From assembly GCA_963848635.1 (NCBI GenBank), contig CAWKEA010000006.1:4419-68418 (forward strand): DNA of 64,000 nucleotides. The letters run 5' to 3'. The stretch comes from an uncultured bacterium (lineage in GTDB: Bacteria > Patescibacteriota > Minisyncoccia > Phycocordibacterales > PALSA-1337). The translations under genes and the position numbers were made by a program. Below are positions 54,272 to 64,000 of the stretch, piece after piece. A model generated the notes under the pieces. That model did not search any database, was not told the origin of the DNA, and saw only the letters and a list, made by a program, of their open reading frames with translations. Positions within the stretch are counted from its first letter, which is position 1. Every line of letters starts with the position of its first letter.

Positions 54272-55264
54272 TCATATTTTTTCTATTATTCTCAGTTTCG
54301 CGCTTCTCGACCTTGGATTTTCGCTGATCTCCTGGGGCGAAGCGGTTATTGGTTTTTTAGTAATGATGATCCCCTCTCTTTCAATTTTTCCTTCTTTTCC
54401 CCTTTCCTTCTTTCCTTTTTCCTTGAAAAATTCCTTCACGATCCTGTCCTCGAGGCTGTGAAAAGAGATGACCGCCAGCCTTCCGTTTGTATCGAGCGCA
54501 TCCCATGCTTTGGCCAGACCTTCTCTCAAAGCCGCGAGCTCGTCGTTCACTGCGATGCGCAGAGCCTGGAACGTTCTCGTCGCTGGATGTATCTTCCCGT
54601 GACGATACGGAGCGGGTACATTCGCCTTTATCGCCTCGGCAAGCTCGCCAGAGGTCTCGATCGTCTTTTTGTGGCGATAATCGACGATAGCCTTGGCGAT
54701 CCTCCGAGCGTATCGCTCCTCGCCGTAGGCATAGATGACATTGGCTATGTCTTCTTCCTTCCAGCTATTGACGATAGTCGAAGCGGTAAAGGGGTGCTGT
54801 GCCGGATCGCCGAACGTCATAAGCAAGGGCTCGTCTTTTTGAAAGGAGAAGCCGCGGCCGGAAGACTCGAGCTCGTCGGATGACAGGCCAAGGTCGAGAA
54901 GGATGCGATCTGCTTTGGCGATGCCATGCTGTGCCATTGCTTTGTCAAGATTTCTGAAATCCTCGTTTTCAAGAAATACTTTTTCAGCTTTTCCTTTCAA
55001 AGCCTCTTCTGCTCGAATGATCGCTTGCGGATCTCGATCGAGGCCGATGATGGTCAGATTGCCATCCATCGCTGTGGCGATTGCCAAGGCATGTCCCGCT
55101 CCGCCGAGCGTGCCGTCGAGATAAACGAACGATCTATCAATGGCTTCTCGAACTGTCGAAAGTTCTACATCTCTCGAAGCCCCCAACAAGATGTCGACAA
55201 CCTCATGTAAAAGAACTGCTTTATGGATGCTTTTTCCGCTGGCGTTTCCGTCGTTCATCGGCAT
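54272..55264 (-). CDS. rsmH: 16S rRNA (cytosine1402-N4)-methyltransferase
   Basis: DGTLGGAGHA SAM-binding signature. Position directly after mraZ. Confidence 0.9.
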   Translation of the reverse strand: MPMNDGNASGKSIHKAVLLHEVVDILLGASRDVELSTVREAIDRSFVYLDGTLGGAGHALAIATAMDGNLTIIGLDRDPQAIIRAEEALKGKAEKVFLENEDFRNLDKAMAQHGIAKADRILLDLGLSSDELESSGRGFSFQKDEPLLMTFGDPAQHPFTASTIVNSWKEEDIANVIYAYGEERYARRIAKAIVDYRHKKTIETSGELAEAIKANVPAPYRHGKIHPATRTFQALRIAVNDELAALREGLAKAWDALDTNGRLAVISFHSLEDRIVKEFFKEKGKKERGKEGKIEREGIIITKKPITASPQEISENPRSRSAKLRIIEKI

Positions 55265-55267
55265 GGC

Positions 55268-55702
55268 TTATATCATGCCGACGGACGAGAGCTTTTCGGC
55301 GACAGCCTCGGCGTTCTTGGCGGCATTGTCGCGATAGCTCTGCCACAAGGCCTCATCCCAGATCTCGACTCTGTCGCGCACACCGATCACGACGACTTTC
55401 GACGCGAGCTTGCCCCATTCGCGCAGATGCTCCGATAAGAGCATGCGACCAGCTCCATCGACTGGAACTTCCGTCGCGCCGCCCAAAAGGTAGCGGTTCA
55501 AACTGCGCCTGTCGGCCGAGAGCACCGATGAATCGGACAGACTCGCCGAGAGCTTATCCCAGGCTTTCGCCGTAAAGACGAAAAGACAGGAGTCGAGTCC
55601 CGGCGTGACGACGACGTTCTTCCCCATCTCCTTTCGGAATTTTGCCGGAAGCGAGAGGCGATTCTTGTCGTCTATAGTATGCCGATATTCGCCGATGAGC
55701 AT
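55268..55702 (-). CDS. mraZ: transcriptional regulator MraZ
   Basis: MLIGEYRHTIDDKNRLSLPAKFR...; duplicated DxxxR motif; 144 aa. Confidence 0.9.
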   Translation of the reverse strand: MLIGEYRHTIDDKNRLSLPAKFRKEMGKNVVVTPGLDSCLFVFTAKAWDKLSASLSDSSVLSADRRSLNRYLLGGATEVPVDGAGRMLLSEHLREWGKLASKVVVIGVRDRVEIWDEALWQSYRDNAAKNAEAVAEKLSSVGMI

Positions 55703-55927
55703 TGGTGGAAGCGGGATAAAATCGTCAGAAAAAATATAAGAACTTACTCGATTCTTTCAACTTTTTTCTATACCACTTTATCCCACCTAATGGGTATAAT
55801 ACACCACTTCGGTTTAACATAAAAATATCAAGTGGTGGATAACTTGTGGACAACCCTTGATGGTAAGCCATCAAGGAGCAGTGGTCGCATGACCGCAACC
55901 CGCGAAGCGGAGCGGTCCCTCGCATGG

Positions 55928-55966
55928 AGATAATAAAAAACCGATAGTTAGGATCGGTATTTTTTG
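55928..55966 (-). terminator. rho-independent terminator after the LysRS gene
   Basis: Minus strand: ACCGATCctaactATCGGT followed by TTTTTTTATT. Confidence 0.55.
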
Positions 55967-56010
55967 GGAAAGACTTTCGAAAAAGCCATTCTGACGGTAT
56001 GCAGAAAAAA

Positions 56011-57591
56011 TCAACCTGCGACTTCGGCAAGGCGTTGTTCGATGAATTTTTTATCGAGGACGCTGAAAAACCATCCGGCCTTTGGTCCGCTTCCCTTGCC
56101 AAGAAACGAGATATACAGCCCTTCGAAGAAATCTTTCGGCTCGATAGGCATTGCTTTGCGTATCTCGTGGAGCTTGGTGTGCAGTTCCTGGCCATCAAGC
56201 GTTTTTTGAGATCTCACATATTCAAGGATCTTGCCAAGAGCCTCTTTTTGTAGCGCTGAAAGATTCCTTGCGGCTGACGGCAGGTCTTCTTTGAGATCGA
56301 ATTTGTAATCTTCCGGCGCGTATTTCTCGAGCCAATAGCTGGCATATCTTTTCCTCAGATCTATCTCAGTCTTGTCATCAGACGTCAATTCCGATCCTTT
56401 TTCTTTTGCAACCTCCTTTTGGATATCGATATGCGGCATCTGCACGAGATATGCTATCTGTGAAAACCGAGGCAAGAAGCGCTCATTCATCAGATTTTGT
56501 ATCGCTGGAAAATGTATGCTCTCGAAAAGAGCGGCCGTATCGCCGCCAGCATTCGCGAAATAATCTCTTGCCAACGTATCGTATGCATCATACAAAATAG
56601 GAACGGTGTCGCCGTCAGGGACAAAATCTATGACGCGCTGGGGGACTTTTTGAAGCATGAGAAGCCGAAGGATATGAGGAGGCAGTAGATCAGCCATATC
56701 TCTGGAATATGATCCGGCGCCTTTTGACGACGACATCTTCTTTCCGGCTATGTTGAAGAACTCATACGGGATATTGAAAGGCGGCTCGACGCCGAAGATC
56801 TCGCGGGCGATCGCGTTCGAAACGTCGCGCGATCCGCCCTTGGTCGAATGGTCTTTGCCGGCGCCTTCGACATCGATGCCGAATATCTTGAATTTGGCGG
56901 CCCATTCTAATTTCCACGGCAATTTCGCATTGCCGCCAAAAGGCGAAACCGACCCCGCGTGCCCGCAACCGCTTGTCCATTCGATGTCGTTGCATGTATA
57001 GCTCGCCTTGTTTCCATCAAAAGCTATTATCTTGGTCGTGCTCACCTTGCCGCATTTCTCGCAGATGACTTGGACGGGGATCCAATCTTCCGCGCGATCC
57101 GAACCGGAAACCCTTTTATATATCTTTCTGATAGCAGGAGCGTTCAAAAGCGCGAGGCGGATGCATTCGTCATAGGCTCCCGATCTGTACACATCGCTTG
57201 ACCGATAGAATTCAGGATCGAAACCCATCTCTCGTATGACGCCGATGAACTCTTCGGCATAGTACTCGGCAAAGTTTTTCGCTTTCCCGTCGGGAGAGGG
57301 AACGGTGCAGAGCGGCTTGCCGAGATGATTCAAATATGTCTCTTTGTCGAGATACACCGCGATCCCATCCATAGGATCAAAATCGTTGATCTCAAAGAGA
57401 TATTTCGCCGCTATCCCCTGTTTTTTCAGCAATTCATACACCGCACCATGGATTGCCACGCCGCGAAGCGAACCGACATGGACACGGCCCGAAAGAGTCT
57501 TCTCATCTCGGATAATGAGAGGCTTTTGTGCTTTTATCTTATCGGGATACGTTTCTCGTATCCGCTCTGTGAGATCAAGTGCCCAGAACAT
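56011..57591 (-). CDS. lysyl-tRNA synthetase, class I (LysK type)
   Basis: HVGSLRG is the HIGH-region variant. KMSSSKG is the class I LysRS form of KMSKS. 526 aa, about the size of archaeal-type LysRS. Confidence 0.72.
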   Translation of the reverse strand: MFWALDLTERIRETYPDKIKAQKPLIIRDEKTLSGRVHVGSLRGVAIHGAVYELLKKQGIAAKYLFEINDFDPMDGIAVYLDKETYLNHLGKPLCTVPSPDGKAKNFAEYYAEEFIGVIREMGFDPEFYRSSDVYRSGAYDECIRLALLNAPAIRKIYKRVSGSDRAEDWIPVQVICEKCGKVSTTKIIAFDGNKASYTCNDIEWTSGCGHAGSVSPFGGNAKLPWKLEWAAKFKIFGIDVEGAGKDHSTKGGSRDVSNAIAREIFGVEPPFNIPYEFFNIAGKKMSSSKGAGSYSRDMADLLPPHILRLLMLQKVPQRVIDFVPDGDTVPILYDAYDTLARDYFANAGGDTAALFESIHFPAIQNLMNERFLPRFSQIAYLVQMPHIDIQKEVAKEKGSELTSDDKTEIDLRKRYASYWLEKYAPEDYKFDLKEDLPSAARNLSALQKEALGKILEYVRSQKTLDGQELHTKLHEIRKAMPIEPKDFFEGLYISFLGKGSGPKAGWFFSVLDKKFIEQRLAEVAG

Positions 57592-57594
57592 GGA

Positions 57595-58062
57595 TTATTT
57601 GATCTCCGTGATCTTGTACTCTGTCATGCCTTTTGGCGTCTTTACCTTGACTGAATCGCCGACGTTCTTGCCGACAAGAGCAGAGCCGAGCGGAGACAGG
57701 TTCGAGAGCTTGCCGCTCGCCGAATCCGCTTCTTCGGAGCTTACGATCGAATAAGTGCGATTCTCAGTCTCGCCTGTGCGCACGATAGTGACCTCGGAAC
57801 CGATCGATACGGTGCCGCTGTGATTGCCTTCGATGATCGAGGCGTCCTTCATGATGTTCTCGAGATGGCGGATGCGGTCCTCGACTTCGGCCTGCCGTTC
57901 GCGAGCCTCGTGGTATTCGGCGTTCTCCGAAAGGTCGCCGAGCTTTTTTGCATATTCGAGATTTTCGGCCACTTCTTTGCGGCGTTCGATGCGCAGATAA
58001 TCAAGCTCTTTTGCAAGCGTATCGTACTTTTCCCGCGTGAGATATTGTTTTTCCATGGGCAT
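57595..58062 (-). CDS. greA: transcription elongation factor GreA
   Basis: N-terminal coiled coil (LTREKYDTLAKELDYL...) with acidic tip residues; C-terminal FKBP-like domain. Confidence 0.9.
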   Translation of the reverse strand: MPMEKQYLTREKYDTLAKELDYLRIERRKEVAENLEYAKKLGDLSENAEYHEARERQAEVEDRIRHLENIMKDASIIEGNHSGTVSIGSEVTIVRTGETENRTYSIVSSEEADSASGKLSNLSPLGSALVGKNVGDSVKVKTPKGMTEYKITEIK

Positions 58063-58156
58063 TAGTCGCGTTTGCTCGCCTTGTTGGATACTAGTATATG
58101 CCTTCTATAAAATAATGTAAAGGGGAAAACATATGGGATTTGCTCCGCTCATCCTG

Positions 58157-58239
58157 TGCGCCGGGCTGGACTCGAACCAGCGATGCCTAAAAGGCCGGGG
58201 ATTTACAGTCCCCTGGAATAGCCGCTATCCGACCGGCGC
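58157..58239 (-). tRNA. tRNA-Tyr (anticodon GTA), type II with long variable arm
   Basis: Minus strand: GCGCCGG acceptor, anticodon stem GGGGA/TCCCC with loop CTGTAAA, variable hairpin GCC-TTTTA-GGC, T-arm GCTGG-TTCGAGT-CCAGC, then CCGGCGC-A. CCA not encoded. Confidence 0.72.
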
Positions 58240-58470
58240 GTTTTCAAAGACTTCAACAGTCTAATATTTTTTCTATTATTAAGCAATCGCGTAGTGCGGA
58301 TACAATCGCTTTGCTCAATACTATTCACAGAACCCGCTTTCGAGCGGGTTTCTTTTTCAGCGTATAAAAAAGTCGGCAAGATTCTTGCCGACTTTTTTAC
58401 AGAGGCAGAAAGGAGTGCGGGTCGGTGCGTGATCCAAAGCGCGAGCCTTGAGGATAAATCGGCGGCGATA

Positions 58471-61167
58471 CTATTGCACCAGCTCCGCCTGATTGATGAT
58501 GATAGGGCTCTCCCCTTTTTTCTTTTTTGAAGCAGTGATGGCGATCTCGCTGTCCTTTATCGAGACAGTGACTGTGCCGCCCTTGGTGATGCCTTGTGAG
58601 ATCATGAGAGACGCGACTGGAGTCAGGATCTTGTTCTGAATGAGCCGCTTCAACGGGCGCGCGCCGTACTGCGGATTATAGCCCTCCTTTGCGAGATATG
58701 CCGAGACATCCGGATTCACGACAAGATTGATGTCTTTTGTGCGCAAACGGTCGACGACTGCCTGGACCTGTATATTGACGATCTTTTCTATGGCTTCTTT
58801 TGAAAGGATGTCAAAGAGGATGATGTCGTCGACGCGATTGAGGAATTCCGGACGGAAATAATCGCGGAGGCTCTCCATGACCTTGCCTTTGACCTCTGTA
58901 TAGCTGGCTTTGTCAATTTCATCGGCTGATTTTTCTCCTGACGCGGCATTGAAGCCCATATGCTCCATGCGTTGGATGTATTGTGCGCCGATGTTCGATG
59001 TCATGATGATGACGGCGTTGCGGAAATTGACCGTGCGGCCTTTGGAATCCGTCAGACGGCCATTGTCGAGGACTTGGAGAAGGATATTGAAGACCTCCGG
59101 ATGGGCTTTCTCGATCTCGTCGAACAAGATGACCGAGTAAGGTCGATGGCGTACGAGTTCCGTCAATCCCCCGCCTTCGTCATGGCCGACATAGCCAGGA
59201 GGCGCGCCGATGAGCCGCGAAACTGAATGCTTTTCCATGAATTCGGACATATCGACGCGAATGAGGGCCTTGTCGTCGTTGAAAAGGAATTCAGCGAGTG
59301 CTTTGGTCAATTCGGTCTTGCCGACGCCCGTCGGACCGAGGAATATGAAGGAACCGATCGGCCGGGCAGGATCAGCGATGCCTGCGCGCGAGCGCTTCAC
59401 CGTATCGGAGATCTTCTGCACCGCCTCGTCCTGGCCGACGATGCGCTTCTTGAGCTCTTCTTCTATGCGATTCAATTTAGCCGCCTCTTCTTCGAGCATG
59501 CGATTGACGGGTATGCCAGTCCAGCGCGAGACGACGCCGGCGATGTCCGATTCAGTGATCTCTTCTTTTAGAATGCGTCGCGACGTCTGCAGTTTTTTGA
59601 GGCGCTTCATTTTCGCGTCGAGCTCTTTTTCGAGCGCCGGGATGGTGCCATAGCGGATCTCGGCGGCCTTTGAAAGATCGGCTCGAGCTTCGGCGGATTC
59701 AGCTTCGATTCGGCGAGCTTCCAAGTCTTTCTTGATCCTCTTTATATCGACGATGGTCTCCTTTTCGTTCTTCCATTTGAGCTCGAGCTCGGATGTGCCT
59801 TCGGTCAGATCAGCGATCTCTTTTTCGATCTTTTCGGTCCGGACCTTGGCCTCCTTGTTCGTCTCTTTTTTCAAGGCCTCCTTTTCGATCTGCAAGCGCA
59901 TTATCTTCCGACGAGTCTCCTCCAACTGCGGCGGCATATTTTCGAGAGAGATCTTCAAGGAAGAAGCCGCTTCGTCGATAAGGTCGACGACTTTGTCAGG
60001 CAAGAAGCGGTCCGCGATGTAGCGGCTGGCGAGGTCGACTGCCGCGACGATGGCATCATCGGTGATCCGCACGCCGTGGTAGAGCTCGTATTTTTCCTTG
60101 AGCCCGCGCAAGATAGCGATGGCATCATCGCGCGACGGCTCGGAAACGGAAACCGGCTGGAAACGGCGGGTGAGGGCCGGGTCGCGCTCGATGTATTTCT
60201 GATATTCCTTTATCGTTGTCGCTCCAATAGCGCGTAATTCTCCGCGAGCGAGGGCAGGTTTGAGCATATTCGAAGCATCCATGGAGCCTTCGGCGGCGCC
60301 TGCGCCGACCAACGTGTGTATCTCGTCTATGAAAAGTATGATCTTGCCTTCGGCGCGTTCGACTTCCTTCAAAATATTCTTGAGCCGCTCCTCGAATTCG
60401 CCGCGGTATTTCGTGCCAGCGATGAGCGACCCGAGGTCGAGAGAGACGAGCTCCTTGTCTTTGAGCGATTCGGGCACGTCGCCCTGTGCCATGCGCAGAG
60501 CGAGGCCTTCGACGATGGCAGTCTTGCCGACGCCCGCCTCGCCGATCAAAATCGGATTGTTTTTAGTGCGGCGTGACAAAATTTGCACGACGCGCATGAT
60601 CTCGTTGTCGCGGCCGATGACAGGGTCGAGCTTGTTGTCTTTTGCGAGCTTTGTGAGAGAGCGCGTATAGCGTGCGAGAGTGCGGAAGCGCTTGGGCTTG
60701 TCGTCGCCGCCGGCGATCGGATTCGCCCGTATGTCCGACAATGCGCCAAGCACGAGCTCGCGGTCTATTTTGAAGCGGGCCAAGACGTCCTTTGCCGGGC
60801 TCTGAACGTCAAAGACGCCGAGAAAGAGATGCTCGGTCGAAATGAATTCATCCTTGAGAGCGGCGGCTTCCTTGCCGGCATGCTCGAGTATCGACGCCAG
60901 CTCCGGCGTCAGATATATCTGATATGAAGGGGCAAGGACGGCACTGCCGTCGGGCGCCTCGATATGCTCGAGGATGATGTCAGTCAGCATCATCGTGTCG
61001 ACCTCCAATTTATCGAGTATGGATGCGACCATGCTCTCCTCCTGAAGGATCAAGGCGCACAAAAGGTGCACGGGATTGACGTGATTCTGGCCGCGCTCAA
61101 TGGCAAGCTCGTGCGCCCTGCGGAGGGCCTCTTTTGCTTTTGTGGTGAAATTTTTGAGCGGAGGCAT
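58471..61167 (-). CDS. clpB: ATP-dependent chaperone ClpB
   Basis: Clp N-domain, then two AAA+ modules. AAA+ module 1 P-loop: [18 protein letters not shown]+ module 2 P-loop: [15 protein letters not shown]. The long coiled-coil M-domain lies between them. Confidence 0.95.
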   Translation of the reverse strand: MPPLKNFTTKAKEALRRAHELAIERGQNHVNPVHLLCALILQEESMVASILDKLEVDTMMLTDIILEHIEAPDGSAVLAPSYQIYLTPELASILEHAGKEAAALKDEFISTEHLFLGVFDVQSPAKDVLARFKIDRELVLGALSDIRANPIAGGDDKPKRFRTLARYTRSLTKLAKDNKLDPVIGRDNEIMRVVQILSRRTKNNPILIGEAGVGKTAIVEGLALRMAQGDVPESLKDKELVSLDLGSLIAGTKYRGEFEERLKNILKEVERAEGKIILFIDEIHTLVGAGAAEGSMDASNMLKPALARGELRAIGATTIKEYQKYIERDPALTRRFQPVSVSEPSRDDAIAILRGLKEKYELYHGVRITDDAIVAAVDLASRYIADRFLPDKVVDLIDEAASSLKISLENMPPQLEETRRKIMRLQIEKEALKKETNKEAKVRTEKIEKEIADLTEGTSELELKWKNEKETIVDIKRIKKDLEARRIEAESAEARADLSKAAEIRYGTIPALEKELDAKMKRLKKLQTSRRILKEEITESDIAGVVSRWTGIPVNRMLEEEAAKLNRIEEELKKRIVGQDEAVQKISDTVKRSRAGIADPARPIGSFIFLGPTGVGKTELTKALAEFLFNDDKALIRVDMSEFMEKHSVSRLIGAPPGYVGHDEGGGLTELVRHRPYSVILFDEIEKAHPEVFNILLQVLDNGRLTDSKGRTVNFRNAVIIMTSNIGAQYIQRMEHMGFNAASGEKSADEIDKASYTEVKGKVMESLRDYFRPEFLNRVDDIILFDILSKEAIEKIVNIQVQAVVDRLRTKDINLVVNPDVSAYLAKEGYNPQYGARPLKRLIQNKILTPVASLMISQGITKGGTVTVSIKDSEIAITASKKKKGESPIIINQAELVQ

Positions 61168-61289
61168 ATGTTGTTTACGATTTTACCGCAAAAAAGTTGC
61201 GTGGTCAATGTGATGGAAAATGTGATGGAAAATCAAGGCAAAAATACCTCTTTAAAATTGTGACCTCAAGTTTAGATCCCGCCAATTCT

Positions 61290-62117
61290 TTATTTTGGAA
61301 TAGCCGCTTTTACCGGCGCGATCAGATAGAATTCGCTGTCTGAAGCCGAAGACAAGGACGACGTGCGCAAACCGATGAGACTGCCGGAGATATCAAAAAG
61401 AGGACTGCCGAATGAGATTTTTGAGGGATCGATGGTCGTCGAAACGGTCGAGGGAGTAGAAGAAGCGCCAGGCCCGATGATCTCGCTGACTACGCCGACG
61501 CCGAGAGCGGCCGCGTTCGATCCTCCCAGAGAAGAGACCGTCTCCCCGAGCTTGGGGAAGATCCCGATGGAAGCGGCGATAAAGGATGTCGAGGAAGCTT
61601 GACCTGCTGGCATCAATGGATCGAGAAAGACGAGATCGCCGTTCACTTGCGACTCGACCGGAGCGGCCCGATACGATCCACCGTCAGGATATGTCACGGC
61701 TATGTCGCTCAATCCGGTGGTGACCGATTTGTCAGTCATCACTGTGCCGCGATCATTGACTACGACGCCGAGACCGGAAATGGAGCCCGGGTCAGTCGAA
61801 CCATATTCACCGATCTTTACCGTGCTTTTGCTGATGGTGCTTATGGCTGAGGCTAAAGAATCAACGGGAGAGACGCTCTGTCCCACGTCAGCTACGCCGC
61901 TCGAAGGCAAAGCGCCCGCGACAGTATCCTCGATGATGCGTTCGACGGTATTCGTCGTGCCAGCCGGAGCCTGATTGATGAGAGACACGGTGACGATGCC
62001 AGTCGCGATCGAAGTGACGAATGAGACGAGTAGAGTCAAAAGGACGATCTGTTGTTTCGTGAGATGCTCCATACAGACATAATAAACGTTTACCGCAGGA
62101 AAATCAATTTTATACAC
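61290..62117 (-). CDS. secreted/membrane-anchored protein with degenerate trypsin-like (S1C/HtrA-like) fold
   Basis: Signal anchor, then SISGLGVVVNDRGTVMTDKSV...DLVFLD...FGSPLFDISGSLIGL. This resembles the HtrA GSGF...LTNNHV...DLALL...GNSGGPL layout, but the His and Ser positions are not conserved. Weak inference. Confidence 0.4.
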   Translation of the reverse strand: MYKIDFPAVNVYYVCMEHLTKQQIVLLTLLVSFVTSIATGIVTVSLINQAPAGTTNTVERIIEDTVAGALPSSGVADVGQSVSPVDSLASAISTISKSTVKIGEYGSTDPGSISGLGVVVNDRGTVMTDKSVTTGLSDIAVTYPDGGSYRAAPVESQVNGDLVFLDPLMPAGQASSTSFIAASIGIFPKLGETVSSLGGSNAAALGVGVVSEIIGPGASSTPSTVSTTIDPSKISFGSPLFDISGSLIGLRTSSLSSASDSEFYLIAPVKAAIPK

Positions 62118-62142
62118 ATGTACGAGATGTCATCTCGTACAT

Positions 62143-62901
62143 TCATTTCTTGCTATTCTTCCATTCGTCTATCTTTGCGCGATCGCCAGAAAGCAAGATC
62201 TTCGGTACGCGATATTTTTTGCCTTTATATTCAAAGATTTCTGGACGCGTATAGACATCCGAGCTGGCGACGCGTCTTTCTTCTAGAGAATTGATGTCGC
62301 CAAGAACGCCGGGGATCCTGCGCGAAACTGAATCGATGACGAGCATGGCTGGCAATTCCCCGCCGGTCAGAACGAAAGGGCCGACGGATACCTCTTCCAT
62401 CTTGAAAGCCTTTTTGACCCGCGCGTCGATGCCTTCATAGCGGCCGCAGACGAGGATGATGTCGGAATATCCGTTGCCTATTTTTTCGGCGTAGACGTTT
62501 GTGAATTGCTTTCCCGAAGGAGAGAAAAAAATGATCTTTGCCGGCGTCTTTGTCCCTGGGGCAGACCTTTTCGGCTCCTTCCTCCGAAACTCGCAAACAA
62601 AGGTTTCCTGCGGGCCACGACGCCGTTTTGATTCTTGCATCGCCTTCTCTATCGCTTTTATAACCGGCAATGCCTCTATCACCATTCCTGGGCCGCCGCC
62701 GTACGGACGATCATCAACACGCCGTTCCGCATACGTCATCGAGCTCGGCTTCTTCTTGCCCTCTTTTGAGACGGCGAAATCGCGCGGATTATAGAATCGC
62801 ACACGGATCTTCTTGTCCTCTATGGCGCGCTTCAAGATCGACTCTCCGAGATAGGAGTCGAAAGCGTTCGGGAAAAGCGTGATGATGTGAAAAGTTGTCA
62901 T
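62143..62901 (-). CDS. trmD: tRNA (guanine37-N1)-methyltransferase
   Basis: The start is taken at MTTFHIITLFPNAF. Carries GGGPGMV and YSDIILVCGRYEGIDARV. About 30-aa basic insertion after the GGGPGM motif. The track ORF extends upstream without support. Confidence 0.88.
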   Translation of the reverse strand: MTTFHIITLFPNAFDSYLGESILKRAIEDKKIRVRFYNPRDFAVSKEGKKKPSSMTYAERRVDDRPYGGGPGMVIEALPVIKAIEKAMQESKRRRGPQETFVCEFRRKEPKRSAPGTKTPAKIIFFSPSGKQFTNVYAEKIGNGYSDIILVCGRYEGIDARVKKAFKMEEVSVGPFVLTGGELPAMLVIDSVSRRIPGVLGDINSLEERRVASSDVYTRPEIFEYKGKKYRVPKILLSGDRAKIDEWKNSKK

Positions 62902-63138
62902 TGACTTTTTTGTATATCTGTTATAGCATTTTTTCAGATAAACATCAACAATCGATTGGAACAATTGCCGATGCCTGAGTTCGGATATGTTCTGCCCATG
63001 TAAAACCTTCCATTGTTTCAGAAATTTTATAATAAGCAAGCAGAAAATTGATACCAGCAAAAGAGACCCCAACGAGGGTTGATGTACAAAATTCAGCTTG
63101 CGCGACCTTTCAAAAAGGCCGCGCGGTTTTTTGTATAA

Positions 63139-63230
63139 GGTAGCACCTTGTCTGCAAGGTAGCGCCTTGTGCATATCGACGAGGTAGCACCTTGTTTGTA
63201 TATGTTTGCATATCGGCAAGATAGCACCTT
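63139..63230. repeat. four direct copies of GGTAGCACCTTG (63139, 63158, 63183, 63219) in the khpA-trmD gap
   Basis: ggtagcaccttg / ggtagcgccttg / ggtagcaccttg / gatagcaccttg with 7-, 13- and 24-bp spacers (about 19/25/36 bp start-to-start). TGCATATCG also recurs twice. Confidence 0.8.
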
Positions 63231-63267
63231 GCACCCGGCTGGCGGTCAGTGTTCTCATGTCTCAAGA

Positions 63268-63294
63268 CTTGATATCGCAAATTGCGATATCAAG
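63268..63294. promoter_or_regulatory. 27-bp perfect palindrome CTTGATATCGCAA-A-TTGCGATATCAAG (operator-like)
   Basis: Seen directly, 26 bp downstream of the direct-repeat array. Confidence 0.6.
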
Positions 63295-63419
63295 TTCAAA
63301 AGAGTTAGTCTTGCCGATAGAACGGCACGCAACAAAAAACCGACGTATCGCCGGCTTTTGTTTTTTCCTTGGCCTTTTCTCATGTATCGAGATGCAATCT
63401 CGAGATCCGATCACGAACT

Positions 63420-63752
63420 CTAAATCCGGAGATCTGCCATCGCTTCATCGACGGTCTTCGATGCTCTCTCGACGCGGGGCGTTTCGGCGCCTTGATCGCG
63501 CAGGCCGCCTTCAGGCTCGTTGATTTTTAAATTGACGCGGGAGTTATTTTTCATGCCGACGGTCCGCAAAAGCGTTCTGATGGCCTTGGCGGTATTACCG
63601 TCGCGGCCGATGACTTTGCCCATATCTGCCGCACCGACAGAAAGGGTCATAAGGACGCCCATCTCATCGACGGTACGGACTGCCTTCACTTGGTCAGGAT
63701 TGTCGACGAGAGCTTTGACTACGTATTCCAAAAATTCTTGGTCTTTTTGCAT
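63420..63752 (-). CDS. khpA: KH-domain RNA-binding protein KhpA (YlqC family)
   Basis: MQKDQEFLEYVVKALVDNPDQVKAVRTVDEMGVLMTLSVGAADMGKVIGRDGNTAKAIRTLLR closely matches the KhpA consensus. The start is taken at the internal Met. Confidence 0.85.
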   Translation of the reverse strand: MQKDQEFLEYVVKALVDNPDQVKAVRTVDEMGVLMTLSVGAADMGKVIGRDGNTAKAIRTLLRTVGMKNNSRVNLKINEPEGGLRDQGAETPRVERASKTVDEAMADLRI

Positions 63753-63941
63753 GTGCTTTCTTTCATTAATTCTGGTAAAGAGTACTTTCTTCCGTCTTTG
63801 CTCGTACGCCATGTCCGCAAGCGGCAACGCCGCTACTCGCAAGCCGGAATAAATCGAACGGGGATCGTCTTGGATTATATCGTAAAGAAAAAAAGCGGTC
63901 AATCCGCTCTCTGTGGAGATATGCGGAAACAAAAGCCAGAT

Positions 63942-64000
63942 TATGAGGCGACGGCGACAGGCTCGGCTTTTGCTTCAGCCTTTGGCTCTTCTTTCGGCTC
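63942..64000 (-). CDS. C-terminal end of an upstream gene (possibly ribosomal protein S16 with A/E/K-rich tail), partial
   Basis: The minus strand reads ...EPKEEPKAEAKAEPVAVAS*. rpsP normally precedes khpA; only about 19 codons are visible. Confidence 0.3.

Noticed and set aside
55790-55925. Structured GC-rich region between lysRS and mraZ (perfect hairpin CCTTGATGGtaagCCATCAAGG and nearby short stems) considered as an SRP/4.5S RNA or other ncRNA.
   Set aside because: It lacks the conserved SRP domain IV internal-loop pattern and lies in the expected mraZ promoter/leader. The adjacent hairpin plus T-run is better explained as the minus-strand terminator of the LysRS gene.
55725-56198. 157-aa minus-strand ORF overlapping the LysRS 3' end, terminator and intergenic region.
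   Set aside because: It spans a terminator and promoter region, overlaps the end of the well-supported LysRS gene, and has no domain signature. Likely spurious.
62902-63258. Upstream extension of the trmD ORF (track 371 aa) and plus-strand ORFs 63169..63423 and 63206..63523.
   Set aside because: The TrmD homology starts at MTTFHII (62901). The extension and the plus-strand ORFs lie in repeat-rich non-coding DNA and have no recognisable features.
1-64000. CRISPR arrays and rRNA genes.
   Set aside because: No regularly spaced short direct repeats with unique spacers were found. The only rRNA-like string is the 13-nt 16S-3'-end mimic near 3690.

Overview
The window mixes conserved, moderately GC-rich housekeeping genes with several AT-rich (~33-38% GC) accessory segments full of insertion sequences and repeats.

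Housekeeping genes: gyrB start, def-fmt, hpf, tRNA-Asn, dapA, an RpoD-like sigma factor, valS, a frameshifted pyruvate phosphate dikinase, the mraZ-rsmH-ftsL-ftsI-murF cell-division cluster, a class I LysRS, greA, tRNA-Tyr, clpB, trmD and khpA.

Mobile DNA: an IS481-like element next to gyrB; two identical IS30-family copies (11974-13070 and 48344-49440); a third, diverged IS30-like copy (34371-35443) inserted into one of two 581-bp direct repeats, the other of which preserves the empty site; an IS1595-like element with a 9-bp target duplication; and an IS66-derived non-autonomous element with perfect 29-bp terminal inverted repeats.

The largest accessory segment (~32.2-50.5 kb) ends at a tRNA-Glu gene and holds the two most interesting candidate systems:
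- A defence-like operon between the two 581-bp repeats: an AlbA_2/Schlafen-like protein, an unknown protein and a KAP-family P-loop NTPase that appears frameshifted.
- A compact cluster (43.2-48.3 kb) of two class II aminoacyl-tRNA-synthetase catalytic-core paralogs (an AsnA/AsnRS-like ligase and a HisRS/HisZ-like protein), two SAM-dependent methyltransferases and an MccF-like S66 LD-carboxypeptidase. This may make, or confer immunity to, an aminoacyl-nucleotide-type antimetabolite.

Other notable observations:
- several previously unnamed repeat families
- a conserved ATG-A7 recoding-like architecture at the start of the IS30 transposases
- a repeat-filled non-coding gap where rimM is expected

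All calls come from reading motifs in the six-frame translations and the DNA by eye; no database search was possible. Product names are family-level inferences and coordinates of non-CDS features are approximate to within a few bp.
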